DNA from: Candidatus Woesearchaeota archaeon | Lineage (GTDB): Archaea; Nanobdellota; Nanobdellia; Woesearchaeales; ARS49 | Reading direction: 5' to 3' | Assembly: GCA_019322895.1 (NCBI GenBank) | Contig: JAHWHZ010000001.1 | Location: forward strand, 74,220-138,219 | Length of the DNA stretch: 64,000 bases | Part shown: positions 1 through 9,190 of the stretch, piece by piece | Position numbering within the stretch: position 1 is the first letter of the stretch | Layout of the letters: every line of letters begins with the position of its first letter | Position numbers and translations under genes: made by a program | Notes under the pieces: model-generated | Seen by the model: the letters and a program-made list of their open reading frames with translations, nothing else | Told to the model about the DNA's origin: nothing | Database searches by the model: none

Positions 1-1
1 T

Positions 2-190
2 TCCTCTAATATCCGGAGGCATCTGAAGCGGCTGAAAGACCTTTTCTTGATTGAAAGCACAGGCAATTCGTACAGGATTACTGAAAATGCCAAGCTGTCT
101 GAGATCTTTACTGAAAAGATTGAGCAGTATTATCTCAAGACAATCTCTGAGAGGGTTAAAGAATATTTTGAAGCATTAGATGGGGAGTGA
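2..190 (+). CDS. 3' end of a hypothetical protein that starts outside the window (open frame from position 2 to a TGA at 188-190)
   Basis: Frame 2 is open across the window start; no recognisable motif. Confidence 0.3.
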   Translation, partial: SSNIRRHLKRLKDLFLIESTGNSYRITENAKLSEIFTEKIEQYYLKTISERVKEYFEALDGE

Positions 191-1594
191 GTGGAGATGG
201 TTTATGCAAAAAAAATAGAAAGTGCAGCGTATGTGCCAGAACTTATTGTGCCAAATAGTTACTTTTTAGATAAAGAACTGCATTATAAAGACAAGCACGG
301 CGGATATCAGAAGAAAGATAATCTGACTGTCGAAGGCATGATTGGCATTCACAGGATAAAAGAAAGAAGATGGTCTGCTCCTGGTGAAACAACCAGCATT
401 ATCGCCAAAAAAGCAGTAGAAAAATTAAGCACGCGGCCAGAACTGCTTATTGTAGGGCATGACGGCGATGTTCCTATTCCTGCTGTTGCAGGCATTGCGC
501 AGTATGCAGGGGGCTACAAGAACGCGGCTTTTTGTGATTTGATCAGCAATAATGACCTGCCAGGCACTGAAATTGCCCAGGCCTTGATTGATTCTGGCAA
601 ATACAAGCATATTATTTGTGCCAGTTCTCCTGAAATTTCTGAGATGAGAACAGAAAAAAAGTTTGACAAGGTAAAATTTTCAGAAGCAGCAATATTATTT
701 GAAAAAGGAAGCAAGCCAAGACCTGCGAATCAAGCTCATCCAGAATCAATTGATTTTGTTATTGTTGATCATAAAGATGCATTTGAGTCTAAATCAGATT
801 ATGTCAAAAATGAGCTGGACTGGGCAGGCATCAATACATTAGATGTCATTGCAGGCTGTCCAGGATATGTCATGTCTGTTGAGATTGCTGATGCGCTGAT
901 CAAAACAAATCAGTATAAGACAATCACTTGTGCTGGCGCTGAAAACCTGGAAAAGATGGCAGACCCCCGGCATCTGGATTACACGCTTTATGCCTCTGCT
1001 GCAGGTGCTGCAACTTATCAGGCAAGCAACGAACCCGGTATTATTTGCTCTTACTTTAAGGGGTTTGGTAATCTGTGGAATTATCTCCGGTTAGATGCCG
1101 GCGTCCCTTTAGCAGACGGCACTCCTACAGGCCCATATCTTGTTATGGAAGGGCACCAATTATACAGGTTTGCAAGAAGAGAGGTGCCAAAAGGCCTGAC
1201 TAAACTTATTGAAAGGTTCAGGGAACATACGCAAAATCTTGATTTAAGTTCTTTTATTTTTCTGCTTCATCAGATGAATGGGAAGCTGCTTGAGCATCTT
1301 CTTTGTAATTTCTTTGATGTTCCTACAAGTGTCAGAAATCTTAAAAAGGGCATTATTCCAGACCGTATCAAAGAGATTATTGACAATCAGGTTCCCTGGT
1401 CTGTTGATGTTTATGCCAATTCCTCTTCAGCAACAATTCCTGTCACAGAAGATCATGCAAGAAGAGGCATTATTCGCAGAAGATTCTCTAAAAAACCATT
1501 TGGTGATGTTCTTGCCATTGGTTCTGGCACTAAATCACTCAATTTTAGTGTTGGTGCAGGGATGATTTTAGGAGGATTTGGAGAAATATTGTAA
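191..1594 (+). CDS. Thiolase-fold condensing enzyme of the FabH (3-oxoacyl-ACP synthase III) / chalcone-synthase family, with an N-terminal extension
   Basis: DVIAGCPGYVMSVEIADALIKT closely resembles the FabH active-site Cys block (AACAGF..SVADQYIK). 467 aa. A 3-nt gap to the next gene suggests an operon. Confidence 0.45.
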   Translation: MEMVYAKKIESAAYVPELIVPNSYFLDKELHYKDKHGGYQKKDNLTVEGMIGIHRIKERRWSAPGETTSIIAKKAVEKLSTRPELLIVGHDGDVPIPAVAGIAQYAGGYKNAAFCDLISNNDLPGTEIAQALIDSGKYKHIICASSPEISEMRTEKKFDKVKFSEAAILFEKGSKPRPANQAHPESIDFVIVDHKDAFESKSDYVKNELDWAGINTLDVIAGCPGYVMSVEIADALIKTNQYKTITCAGAENLEKMADPRHLDYTLYASAAGAATYQASNEPGIICSYFKGFGNLWNYLRLDAGVPLADGTPTGPYLVMEGHQLYRFARREVPKGLTKLIERFREHTQNLDLSSFIFLLHQMNGKLLEHLLCNFFDVPTSVRNLKKGIIPDRIKEIIDNQVPWSVDVYANSSSATIPVTEDHARRGIIRRRFSKKPFGDVLAIGSGTKSLNFSVGAGMILGGFGEIL

Positions 1595-1596
1595 AA

Positions 1597-2748
1597 ATGG
1601 GAATATATTATCCGCGTGAAGACTCGTATTTATTAGAAAAGCATGTGAAACATCTTGCTTTTGGCAGTGTATTAGATGTAGGCACTGGCTCTGGCATACA
1701 GGCCCTTGCTGCTGCTGGAAACAAGAGAGTCAAGAAGGTTCTTGCAGTTGATATCAATCCAGAAGCTATTAAATACTGCAAAAAGAACTCAAAAAACAGG
1801 AAAATAACATATAAAGTCAGTGATTTGTTCAAGAAAGTTCCTAAGCAGAAGTTTGATACGATTATATTTAATCCTCCCTACCTGCCGCAGGAAAGAAAAA
1901 CAAGGGATATTGCAACAGAAGGCGGGAAAAAAGGCCATGAAGTCATTGAGAAGTTTCTTTTGCAGGCAGGAGATTTTCTCAAGATAGATGGAAACATCTT
2001 GTTATTGTTTTCTTCACTCACTGACAAGCGAATTATTGAACAGTTTCTCAAGGAAAATCTGTTTGATTTCAAGATGATTGATTCTATTCATTATTTTTTT
2101 GAGGAGTTGTATGTCTATAATATACTGAAGTCTCCGATGCTTAGGATTTTAGAGAAAAAAGGCATTAAAGACCTGAAATTTCTTGCCAAAGGAAAGCGCG
2201 GAGTTGTCTATACAGGAAAGTACAAGAATAAAAAGATTGCAGTAAAGATGAAGCGCGTTGAAAGCACGGCAATTGGGCGGATAAAGAATGAGGCAAGATA
2301 CCTGAAAATATTGAACAAATACAAAATCGGCCCAAAGTTATTGATGTACGGCAATAACTGGCTTGCTTATGAGTTTGTTCCAGGAGAATTCATCAAGGAT
2401 TGGCTTCCAAAAGCAAAAAAGACAGCCATCAAGAGAGTCTTGAAGATTGTTTTTGAGAAATGCTTTAAGATGGATAAATTAGGCATCAATAAAGAAGAGA
2501 TGCACCACCCATTGAAGCATGTTATAATAGGAAAGTCTGTGAAAATGATTGATTTTGAGCGCTCTAAAAAGACAAAAGACCCTAAGAATGTCTCGCAGTT
2601 CTGCCAATATGTGATGTCGTTAAAGAAAGTGCTTGACAAAAAAGGAATAAAGGTGAATAAGAAGAAAATCATTGATTTGGCAAAAGCCTATAAGAAAAAA
2701 TTAAATAATGCATCTTTTAAGGCAATTTTAAAAGAGATAAACTTATAA
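1597..2748 (+). CDS. HemK/Mtq2-like class I SAM methyltransferase (N5-glutamine type) fused to a C-terminal Bud32/RIO-like protein-kinase-fold domain
   Basis: N-terminal VLDVGTGSGIQALAAA (SAM motif I), VLAVDINPEAI and the NPPY catalytic motif (IIFNPPY). The C-terminal ~200 aa carry a Gly-rich loop (LAKGKRGVVYTG), a VAIK-like IAVKMKR and IDFE in place of DFG. Confidence 0.6.
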   Translation: MGIYYPREDSYLLEKHVKHLAFGSVLDVGTGSGIQALAAAGNKRVKKVLAVDINPEAIKYCKKNSKNRKITYKVSDLFKKVPKQKFDTIIFNPPYLPQERKTRDIATEGGKKGHEVIEKFLLQAGDFLKIDGNILLLFSSLTDKRIIEQFLKENLFDFKMIDSIHYFFEELYVYNILKSPMLRILEKKGIKDLKFLAKGKRGVVYTGKYKNKKIAVKMKRVESTAIGRIKNEARYLKILNKYKIGPKLLMYGNNWLAYEFVPGEFIKDWLPKAKKTAIKRVLKIVFEKCFKMDKLGINKEEMHHPLKHVIIGKSVKMIDFERSKKTKDPKNVSQFCQYVMSLKKVLDKKGIKVNKKKIIDLAKAYKKKLNNASFKAILKEINL

Positions 2749-2771
2749 ACAATCAAAATTTATATGATAAT

Positions 2772-4184
2772 ATGAAATTAAAAAAGCGATTGCAAAGGAT
2801 GTTGAAAAGACTTCCGTATATCGGAAAGCTTAATATTCAACTTGCAGAGCAAATAAGACTTAACAAGAATTCTGAAAGGCTCATTATTCAGATGATGCGT
2901 GAAAGAACAGAATTGAAAAACAGGACAGATACGCTGGAAAAAAGATTAACAGATTTTGAATATGATAAAACCGCGTTTCAAAAAACTGTTGAAAGAAAAA
3001 AGCTGGAAATAATCAATTTAAACAGGAATATTGCAAAAAAGCATGATGAATTGCGCAAGGCAGAAATAGCGCTGGCAGATGAAAGGCAAGAAGCAGATGA
3101 AAGAGAATTTTTTGAAGCTGTCCATGCGCAGGACCTGCAGGAGCGTTATGAAAAAGCGCACCAAAGACTCGATGACATGATGGAGCTTGAAAAATACAGG
3201 CTGGCACAGCATGAAAACCACAAAGCGAAATATGTTCAGCTTAAAAGCAAGGCCATTGCAATAGAAGAAGAAAAAGATGCCTTGCAAAAAGAAGTTTCTG
3301 CTCTTAAGAAGGTTGCAGAAGATCATGATCGTTTCAAGCAGTTATTTGGAAGCAATGTCAAAGGATTTGAAGAAGTATATCATGCCTGGAAAAAAGAAGA
3401 GCGCAGAAGCGCGCGCCTTAAACATCGGGCAGAGATTGCATTTACAGCTGCAAAGGCTTACAAGCACGGCCCTGTTGCTTTTATTGACAGGGATCTTCCA
3501 AGGATTGTGGATCATTTCGGCTATTCTCTGTTGCTGCTCAAGGAAAATGGCGATATATATCACGTCACACCAGCAGCTGCTCAGCAGTTAGGCAAGAAAA
3601 AAGAGGCACTGCTTGGCAAGAATTTCAGCAATGTCTTTGATTGCTCAAGCATAGACTGGCTTGTGGATATCGGTCCAGAGTATCCTTTGGGTGTCAAGGA
3701 CACTTCTGAAGAGATTTGTGCAATGATTGAGGAGATTCCTGGCGGAATCACTCCTGAAAATCCTAATGAAATGCGCATAATCTATGCAATATCCTTGAGG
3801 CGCGAAGAAAAGCAAGGGCCTATAGAAAAACGCAGGACCCGCAGGCTGGCTGCCCCGTATGCAATCACTGAAAGGTACAAGCAGGATATTGCCAGTGCAA
3901 TGAGCGCAGCTACGCAAAAGACAGACAAGAATGTTTATATCGATTTATGGGAAACAAACATCATAGAGCCGGCATTTATTGAATGGGCTGAAAAAATCAA
4001 TGCAGGCAAGAGCGAGGGAAAAATATATTTCTGCTATCCTTCATCAGAAGTCTCGAAGCAATTAAGTCTGTACGATATGCCTGAAGAATATATAACGCAA
4101 AGAAAGCAGAAGAAAAAGAAACTTTCAGGTCCGCGCACAATATGGGAAGGCTTACTCAGCATAAAATTTGCTCCTGCAACATGA
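2772..4184 (+). CDS. Hypothetical protein with an N-terminal coiled-coil and a central PAS-like segment
   Basis: Heptad-rich K/E/R region over residues 1-200; GYSLLLLKENGDIYHVTPAAAQQLGKKKEALLGKNF resembles a PAS core. Confidence 0.35.
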   Translation: MKLKKRLQRMLKRLPYIGKLNIQLAEQIRLNKNSERLIIQMMRERTELKNRTDTLEKRLTDFEYDKTAFQKTVERKKLEIINLNRNIAKKHDELRKAEIALADERQEADEREFFEAVHAQDLQERYEKAHQRLDDMMELEKYRLAQHENHKAKYVQLKSKAIAIEEEKDALQKEVSALKKVAEDHDRFKQLFGSNVKGFEEVYHAWKKEERRSARLKHRAEIAFTAAKAYKHGPVAFIDRDLPRIVDHFGYSLLLLKENGDIYHVTPAAAQQLGKKKEALLGKNFSNVFDCSSIDWLVDIGPEYPLGVKDTSEEICAMIEEIPGGITPENPNEMRIIYAISLRREEKQGPIEKRRTRRLAAPYAITERYKQDIASAMSAATQKTDKNVYIDLWETNIIEPAFIEWAEKINAGKSEGKIYFCYPSSEVSKQLSLYDMPEEYITQRKQKKKKLSGPRTIWEGLLSIKFAPAT

Positions 4185-4230
4185 TATCTGAATTCCAGAT
4201 TGACTTCAAAAAGAGGTTGTATAAGTTCAA

Positions 4231-5367
4231 ATGATGAATATATTCCTTTTAGGGCTTGTAAGTTTTTTGACAGACGTGAGTTCTGAGATGATTATGCCTA
4301 TACTGCCGTTGTTCATCAAGCAGTTAGGCGGGGCAGGCATTGCAATTGGATTGATAACTGGCGTTGCAGGCAGTGTTGCTTCATTATTGAAAGTTTTTTC
4401 AGGCTATTTTTCTGACATATATGGAAAAAGAAAGAAATTTGTCTTTGCAGGCTATTTTATTTCTGCTGTAGCTAAATTGTTTTTTCCATTGTCAACAACC
4501 TGGCAGCATATTCTCTTGCTAAGACCAATTGAAAGGATTGGCAAGGGCATAAGAGTCGCTCCAAGAGATGCAATGGTCTCTTTTTATGCAAAGAAAAAAG
4601 TGAGGGGAAGAGGCTTTGGCATCATGCGGGCAATGGACACTTCAGGAGCTGTTCTTGGCTCAATACTTGCCTTGTTGTTTTTCTGGTATATTGGCTTGAG
4701 TTTCAGGACAATATTCTTTATTGCAGCTTTATTTGCTTTTTTGGCATTGATTCCGATATTCTTTGTAAGAGAGCCCACAGTAAAGCCTAAGAAGTTTGCC
4801 TTGAAAGTGGGCTTTAAGCAGTTGTCAAGGTCTTTGAGAATATTGATTATTGCTGCAACAATTTTTGCTTTAGGTAATTTCAGCTACATGTTCTTTATTC
4901 TAAAGACACAGGAAGCTTTTGTTGCAAAGATGGCTTTTGTGATTCCTATATTGTTATATGTCTTGTTCAATATCTTTTATGCTGCATTTGCAATACCAAT
5001 CGGCATCTTGTCTGACAGAATTGGAAGAAAGAAAGTTTTGCTTGCAGGATATGCTCTTTTTGCAATAACCTGCCTTGGATTTGTTTATTTCAATTCTTTG
5101 GCTTATTTTATTGTGTTGTTTATCTTGTACGGATTGACTTATTCTCTTGTTGACGCCACACAGAGAGCTTATGTCTCAGATTTAGCTCCAAAAGCCATCA
5201 GAGGGACTGCTTTAGGCACATTTCACACAGCAATCGGTGTAATAACACTTCCTGCTGGCTTGATTGCAGGTTATTTATGGGATATCAGCACTGCTTACAC
5301 ATTTTATTTTGGTTTTGCAATGGCGCTTGTTGCAGTTGCCGTGCTTTGCTGTGTTAAATCTAAATAA
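4231..5367 (+). CDS. MFS transporter
   Basis: About 12 predicted hydrophobic helices; MFS signature loops (SDIYGKRKKF and SDRIGRKKVLLAG) in both halves. Confidence 0.75.
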   Translation: MMNIFLLGLVSFLTDVSSEMIMPILPLFIKQLGGAGIAIGLITGVAGSVASLLKVFSGYFSDIYGKRKKFVFAGYFISAVAKLFFPLSTTWQHILLLRPIERIGKGIRVAPRDAMVSFYAKKKVRGRGFGIMRAMDTSGAVLGSILALLFFWYIGLSFRTIFFIAALFAFLALIPIFFVREPTVKPKKFALKVGFKQLSRSLRILIIAATIFALGNFSYMFFILKTQEAFVAKMAFVIPILLYVLFNIFYAAFAIPIGILSDRIGRKKVLLAGYALFAITCLGFVYFNSLAYFIVLFILYGLTYSLVDATQRAYVSDLAPKAIRGTALGTFHTAIGVITLPAGLIAGYLWDISTAYTFYFGFAMALVAVAVLCCVKSK

Positions 5368-5431
5368 AATCCTTTAATCTTCTTATAGCATATTTCCTAT
5401 CTACACTTCTTTAATTAAGAAATAAAAAAAT

Positions 5432-6361
5432 TTAACCGCGTTTTTTCTTGGTTTTCTTGATTTCCTTGTCTAGCTTCAGCTTGTCCAGCAGTTCCTTGTA
5501 CCTGTTTCTTATCGTGACTTCTGTTACGCCTGCAACATCTGCTACTTCTCTCTGTGTTCTTTTCTCGCCGTGTATCAATGCTGAGACATACAATGATGCT
5601 GCTGCTATTCCTGTAGGCCCTCTTCCCGATGTCAGTTCTGCCTGCTGTGCTTTTTCAAGTATCTCCACTGCTTTGCTTTGCGTCTCTGCAGATAGTTTCA
5701 AGGAGCTTGCAAACCTCGCGATGTAATCTGCTGGATTGCTTGGCAATATTGTTATTCCTAATTCTCTTGTCACAAACCTGTATGTTCTTCCGATTTCTTT
5801 TTTCTCTATGCCTGACGCTTCTGACAATTCATCCAATGTCCTCGGAACCTCATGCCTTCTACATGCTGCATACAAAGCTCCTGAGACAACTGATTCCATG
5901 GATCTTCCTCTTACCAGGCCTCTCTGGACTGCCTGCGTGTAGATCATTGCTGCCTCTTCTTCTACCATCTTTGGCAGTTTTAAGAATGAAGAGACTCTTT
6001 TCAGTTCTGCTAATGCTAATTTTAAGTTTCTTTCAATTGCTGTAGAAATCCTGTATTGCCATTTTCTTAATCTGAAGAACTTGTTCCTGCTTTTGCTTCC
6101 AAGCTGGAACAGGTCTGCTTTTCTTCCAACCTCTGTTCCAAGGCCCTGGTCAAATTGCGTGTAGGTCATTGGCGCGCCAGTTCTTCTTCCTGACTGACTG
6201 CCGCTGTCTGACTCAAATTCGCGCCATTCCTTGCCGAATTCAACCATCTTGTCTTCAATTACCAGCCCACAGTCTTTGCAGATTATCTCTCCCTTTTCGC
6301 GATTCACAAATAGATTTATTCCCCCGCATTCAGGGCAGTTTTTTATATAGTACATTGGCAC
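5432..6361 (-). CDS. tfb: Transcription initiation factor IIB (TFB)
   Basis: N-terminal Zn ribbon CPECGG..CKDCG, B-finger/linker and two cyclin-fold repeats; C-terminal HTH (VADVAGVTEVTIRNRYKEL); 309 aa. Confidence 0.92.
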   Translation of the reverse strand: MPMYYIKNCPECGGINLFVNREKGEIICKDCGLVIEDKMVEFGKEWREFESDSGSQSGRRTGAPMTYTQFDQGLGTEVGRKADLFQLGSKSRNKFFRLRKWQYRISTAIERNLKLALAELKRVSSFLKLPKMVEEEAAMIYTQAVQRGLVRGRSMESVVSGALYAACRRHEVPRTLDELSEASGIEKKEIGRTYRFVTRELGITILPSNPADYIARFASSLKLSAETQSKAVEILEKAQQAELTSGRGPTGIAAASLYVSALIHGEKRTQREVADVAGVTEVTIRNRYKELLDKLKLDKEIKKTKKKRG

Positions 6362-6548
6362 ATCCCCCTAATTAAACAAATATTGTGAGATATTCAAACC
6401 CCCATATTTATGTCTAAAAATATATACCTCACCACAATTAAGTTTAAATAAGAAAGGTAGTGGTTATATATAAATGTTGCGATAATTTCAGAAGATTTTT
6501 AAGCTTTTTGTAACTACTTTTTGCTCTTTTATATAAAATTATAAGTAT

Positions 6549-6851
6549 TTACTGCTTTAAAAGCTTTCTCTTTCGTTCTTCAAGACTGCGTATTTCAGCT
6601 TCTTTTCTGCTTATCAGAGCTTCTTTTTGCTTGATATTCTTAGAAATTTTGGCCTGCAACGCTATTGCTTTAGCTGTAAATTTCTTGCCTTCAGAAATAT
6701 CTTTTTTCTTGCCTCCTTCAACAGCAAATCTGGTTACTTTTCGTTTTCTTTCTTCAAGTTTGATGATATTCTCTCTTATTTTAAGAATCTCAGTTTGAAG
6801 CCCTGCGATTATGCCATTAATCTCTTGCAAGGTAAGTTCTTCTTCAGCCAT
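6549..6851 (-). CDS. Small coiled-coil protein, hypothetical
   Basis: 100 aa, K/E-rich heptad pattern. Confidence 0.3.
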   Translation of the reverse strand: MAEEELTLQEINGIIAGLQTEILKIRENIIKLEERKRKVTRFAVEGGKKKDISEGKKFTAKAIALQAKISKNIKQKEALISRKEAEIRSLEERKRKLLKQ

Positions 6852-6943
6852 ATGCTTTTCAATTGAAAGCAGTTATTTAAAGTTTTCTGTGCACTGGACA
6901 GGTCCGCGCAGGATTTATAAAGTCAAAAAATACCAAAGTATAC

Positions 6944-7561
6944 ATGCAATACAATACACTAACAAAACCCGAAAAAACAGCACTATTAATCGGAATGTTT
7001 GCGGGCGATGGATGTCTACCAATCAAACATAATGGAGAAGGTTATAGAAACTACCAGATTGCATTCTATAATACTAATAAAAAATATGTTACTTTATTTC
7101 ACAATTTATTCTCTCAATTATTTCAAATTGAGGGCAAAATTTTTTGCAGAAAAAGAGCTAATAAAAAGCCATTGTGGCGTTTCGAGAAATATAGTAAAAA
7201 GTTGGCAGTAAAATTTAATCAAGAATTTGAAATTCCTTTTGGAAAAAAAGCTTTGTCTGTATTTGTCCCTTCTTTTATCAAAAATGCAGATTTATCTGCC
7301 AGAAAACATTTCTTGCTTGGTTTATTGATTACAGACGGGGGCATTAGAAAAAATGGAACAATTATTTTTCATGCCGCCAGTAAAAAACTTATCGACGATA
7401 TCGGAAAATTAATGTTTGATATTTGGGAAATTAAGAAGCAAACAAAAAAATATAGGCAGGGAAAATCTCGTTCTTATCAGATAAGTTTAAATATAACTGA
7501 AAGCAGAAAGGTACTTACAGACATGCCACCGTCGCATAACCTGGTATTGCGCGGATCTTAA
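6944..7561 (+). CDS. Double-motif LAGLIDADG homing endonuclease
   Basis: Two LAGLIDADG motifs about 110 aa apart (LLIGMFAGDGCL and LLGLLITDGGI); 205 aa like I-DmoI-type enzymes. Flanked by the inverted repeat CCGCGCA (6906-6912) / TGCGCGG (7548-7554). Confidence 0.8.
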   Translation: MQYNTLTKPEKTALLIGMFAGDGCLPIKHNGEGYRNYQIAFYNTNKKYVTLFHNLFSQLFQIEGKIFCRKRANKKPLWRFEKYSKKLAVKFNQEFEIPFGKKALSVFVPSFIKNADLSARKHFLLGLLITDGGIRKNGTIIFHAASKKLIDDIGKLMFDIWEIKKQTKKYRQGKSRSYQISLNITESRKVLTDMPPSHNLVLRGS

Positions 7562-7663
7562 TCCCTCGGGGGTTAGGAGCGTAAGCCTTGAGTGATTCTT
7601 CACAAAGGATTCAGGTTAGCCCGTTCCCTTCGGGGTATCCCGGTTCAAATCCGGGCGGTGGCG
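7525..7663 (+). tRNA. tRNA-like gene, class II (long variable arm), probably intron-containing; anticodon unresolved
   Basis: Canonical T-arm CCCGG-TTCAAAT-CCGGG (7639-7655), 3' acceptor CGGTGGC plus discriminator G (7656-7663), variable-arm hairpin CCC-TTCG-GGG (7626-7635). A perfectly complementary 5' acceptor GCCACCG lies at 7525-7531, followed by a class-II-like D-arm (GCA-taacctggtat-TGC). About 50 extra nt between the D-arm and variable arm imply intron(s). A tyrosine integrase starts 45 nt downstream. Confidence 0.45.
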
Positions 7664-7707
7664 TTTAACTTTTTGGGACAAGAAATAGGCAATATTTATA
7701 TAGTAGT

Positions 7708-8955
7708 TTGTCTTTTATAGACGGTATGAAAAGAAAAATTGACATTCATGAGTATGATAAAAAATTAAAAGTTGCGATTTCTAATTTGGAAAAATCTAAG
7801 ATTAGTAAAATAAATAAAAGTGAAATTAAGAAGTATGCTGATTTTTTGTTTATGGATAATATTGGCAAGGCGAGAATTCTGAAATATGTTTCTACTTTGA
7901 AAATAGTTGCCAAGGCAATTGATAAGGATTTTAAGAAAATAACAGAAGAGGATTTGAAAAGGTTCTTGATTAAGATTCATAATAATCCTAATTTAAGTGT
8001 TTGGACTAAGGTTGATTATAATGTTTCTGTTAAGAAATTCTATAAGTGGCTTGAAGGGGATATCAAAAATAATGTTTGTCCTAAAAAAGTTAGTTGGATC
8101 AAGACAAGTATTAAGAAAAAAGACAAGCCAAAAGTTAAGAAAAGTGAATTGTTAAGAGAGGAAGATATTCAGTTGCTTTTGAAAAACGCGGATAATCCTA
8201 GAGATAAGGCTTTGATTTCTTTAGTTTGGGATACTGGTGCAAGGATTGGTGAGATTGGCGGAATGACTATTAAGCATGTTAGTTTTGAAGATAATGCTAC
8301 TTATGTTGATTTGGTTGGCAAGACAGGAAGCAGGACTTGTTTGGCTATTGAATCTACTCCTTATTTAGTTCGTTGGCTTGAGGCTCATCCTGACAGGGAA
8401 AATTCCAGTAGTCCTTTATGGTTGGATAGGAGTAATAAGTCTATGACTTATGCTGCTTTGGCTAAGGTTATTCGCAGGGCTTTTGAAAAGTCTAAGTTAA
8501 AGAAAAGGTTTAATCCTCATTTGTTTAGGCATTCTCGTGCTACTTGGTGTGCTGAGAATGGTTGGAGCAGTTATGAGATGTGCAAGCATTTTGGCTGGGA
8601 ATTAGACAGTGGTATGCCTGCGGTTTATATTAGCATGGTTGATAAGGATGTTCATAATAAGATGAAAGAGGCTTATGGATTAGATACAGAAAGAAAGCAG
8701 AAGATTGAAGAGAGGAAATTGCAGAAATGTCCTCGTTGTGAGGTTACTAATCCTAACAAAAGTAAATTCTGTTATAAATGTGGCATGGCTTTGGATACTA
8801 AGACTGCTTTGGATGTTGAGAATAAGAGAAAACTTGCTGATGATTTGATGCTTAAATTGTTAAGACAGCCTGAACTTAAAGAGGTTTTGGTTAAAAGATT
8901 AAAAGAACAGCAGTTGGATAAGCAGGTTAAGAAGATTATTGGTGGTAATGAATGA
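7708..8955 (+). CDS. Tyrosine recombinase / integrase
   Basis: Catalytic R (DTGARIGE), K (GKTGSR), HxxR (HLFRHSRATW), H and Y (AVYISM) signature; C-terminal CxxC..CxxC Zn ribbon. N-terminal region similar to the integrase at 49235-50428. Confidence 0.8.
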   Translation: MSFIDGMKRKIDIHEYDKKLKVAISNLEKSKISKINKSEIKKYADFLFMDNIGKARILKYVSTLKIVAKAIDKDFKKITEEDLKRFLIKIHNNPNLSVWTKVDYNVSVKKFYKWLEGDIKNNVCPKKVSWIKTSIKKKDKPKVKKSELLREEDIQLLLKNADNPRDKALISLVWDTGARIGEIGGMTIKHVSFEDNATYVDLVGKTGSRTCLAIESTPYLVRWLEAHPDRENSSSPLWLDRSNKSMTYAALAKVIRRAFEKSKLKKRFNPHLFRHSRATWCAENGWSSYEMCKHFGWELDSGMPAVYISMVDKDVHNKMKEAYGLDTERKQKIEERKLQKCPRCEVTNPNKSKFCYKCGMALDTKTALDVENKRKLADDLMLKLLRQPELKEVLVKRLKEQQLDKQVKKIIGGNE

Positions 8956-9098
8956 ATTATTGTCCGAATTGCGGTCATTGTTTGAAAGAAAAAGAAGTTA
9001 TTGAAGATAGTAATGAGTTGATGCAGGAACTGATTAAAGACCCAGAGTTGAAAAAGCTCATTCTTGAGAAATTATTATAATTATATATTGTATTCATG

Positions 9099-9142
9099 GC
9101 GCGCCGCCCCAAGCAAAAACGCAGTTTTTTGGGGCGGCGCGC
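9099..9142. terminator. GC-rich perfect 14-bp inverted repeat hairpin (GCGCGCCGCCCCAA-16 nt-TTGGGGCGGCGCGC), a probable terminator between convergent genes
   Basis: The arms are exact reverse complements in an AT-rich background. It sits between the integrase 3' end and the 3' end of the minus-strand regulator. Confidence 0.5.
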
Positions 9143-9190
9143 AGTTTGGATAGAAAATTTAGAAGTATGTGTGGGTGATGGAGAAATAAA

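Noticed and set aside
7562-7663. Reading the T-arm/acceptor fragment as only an att remnant with no tRNA
   Set aside because: A perfectly complementary 5' acceptor heptamer (GCCACCG, 7525) and a class-II-like D-arm lie ~130 nt upstream, so a real but intron-containing tRNA is more likely. The call remains low-confidence.
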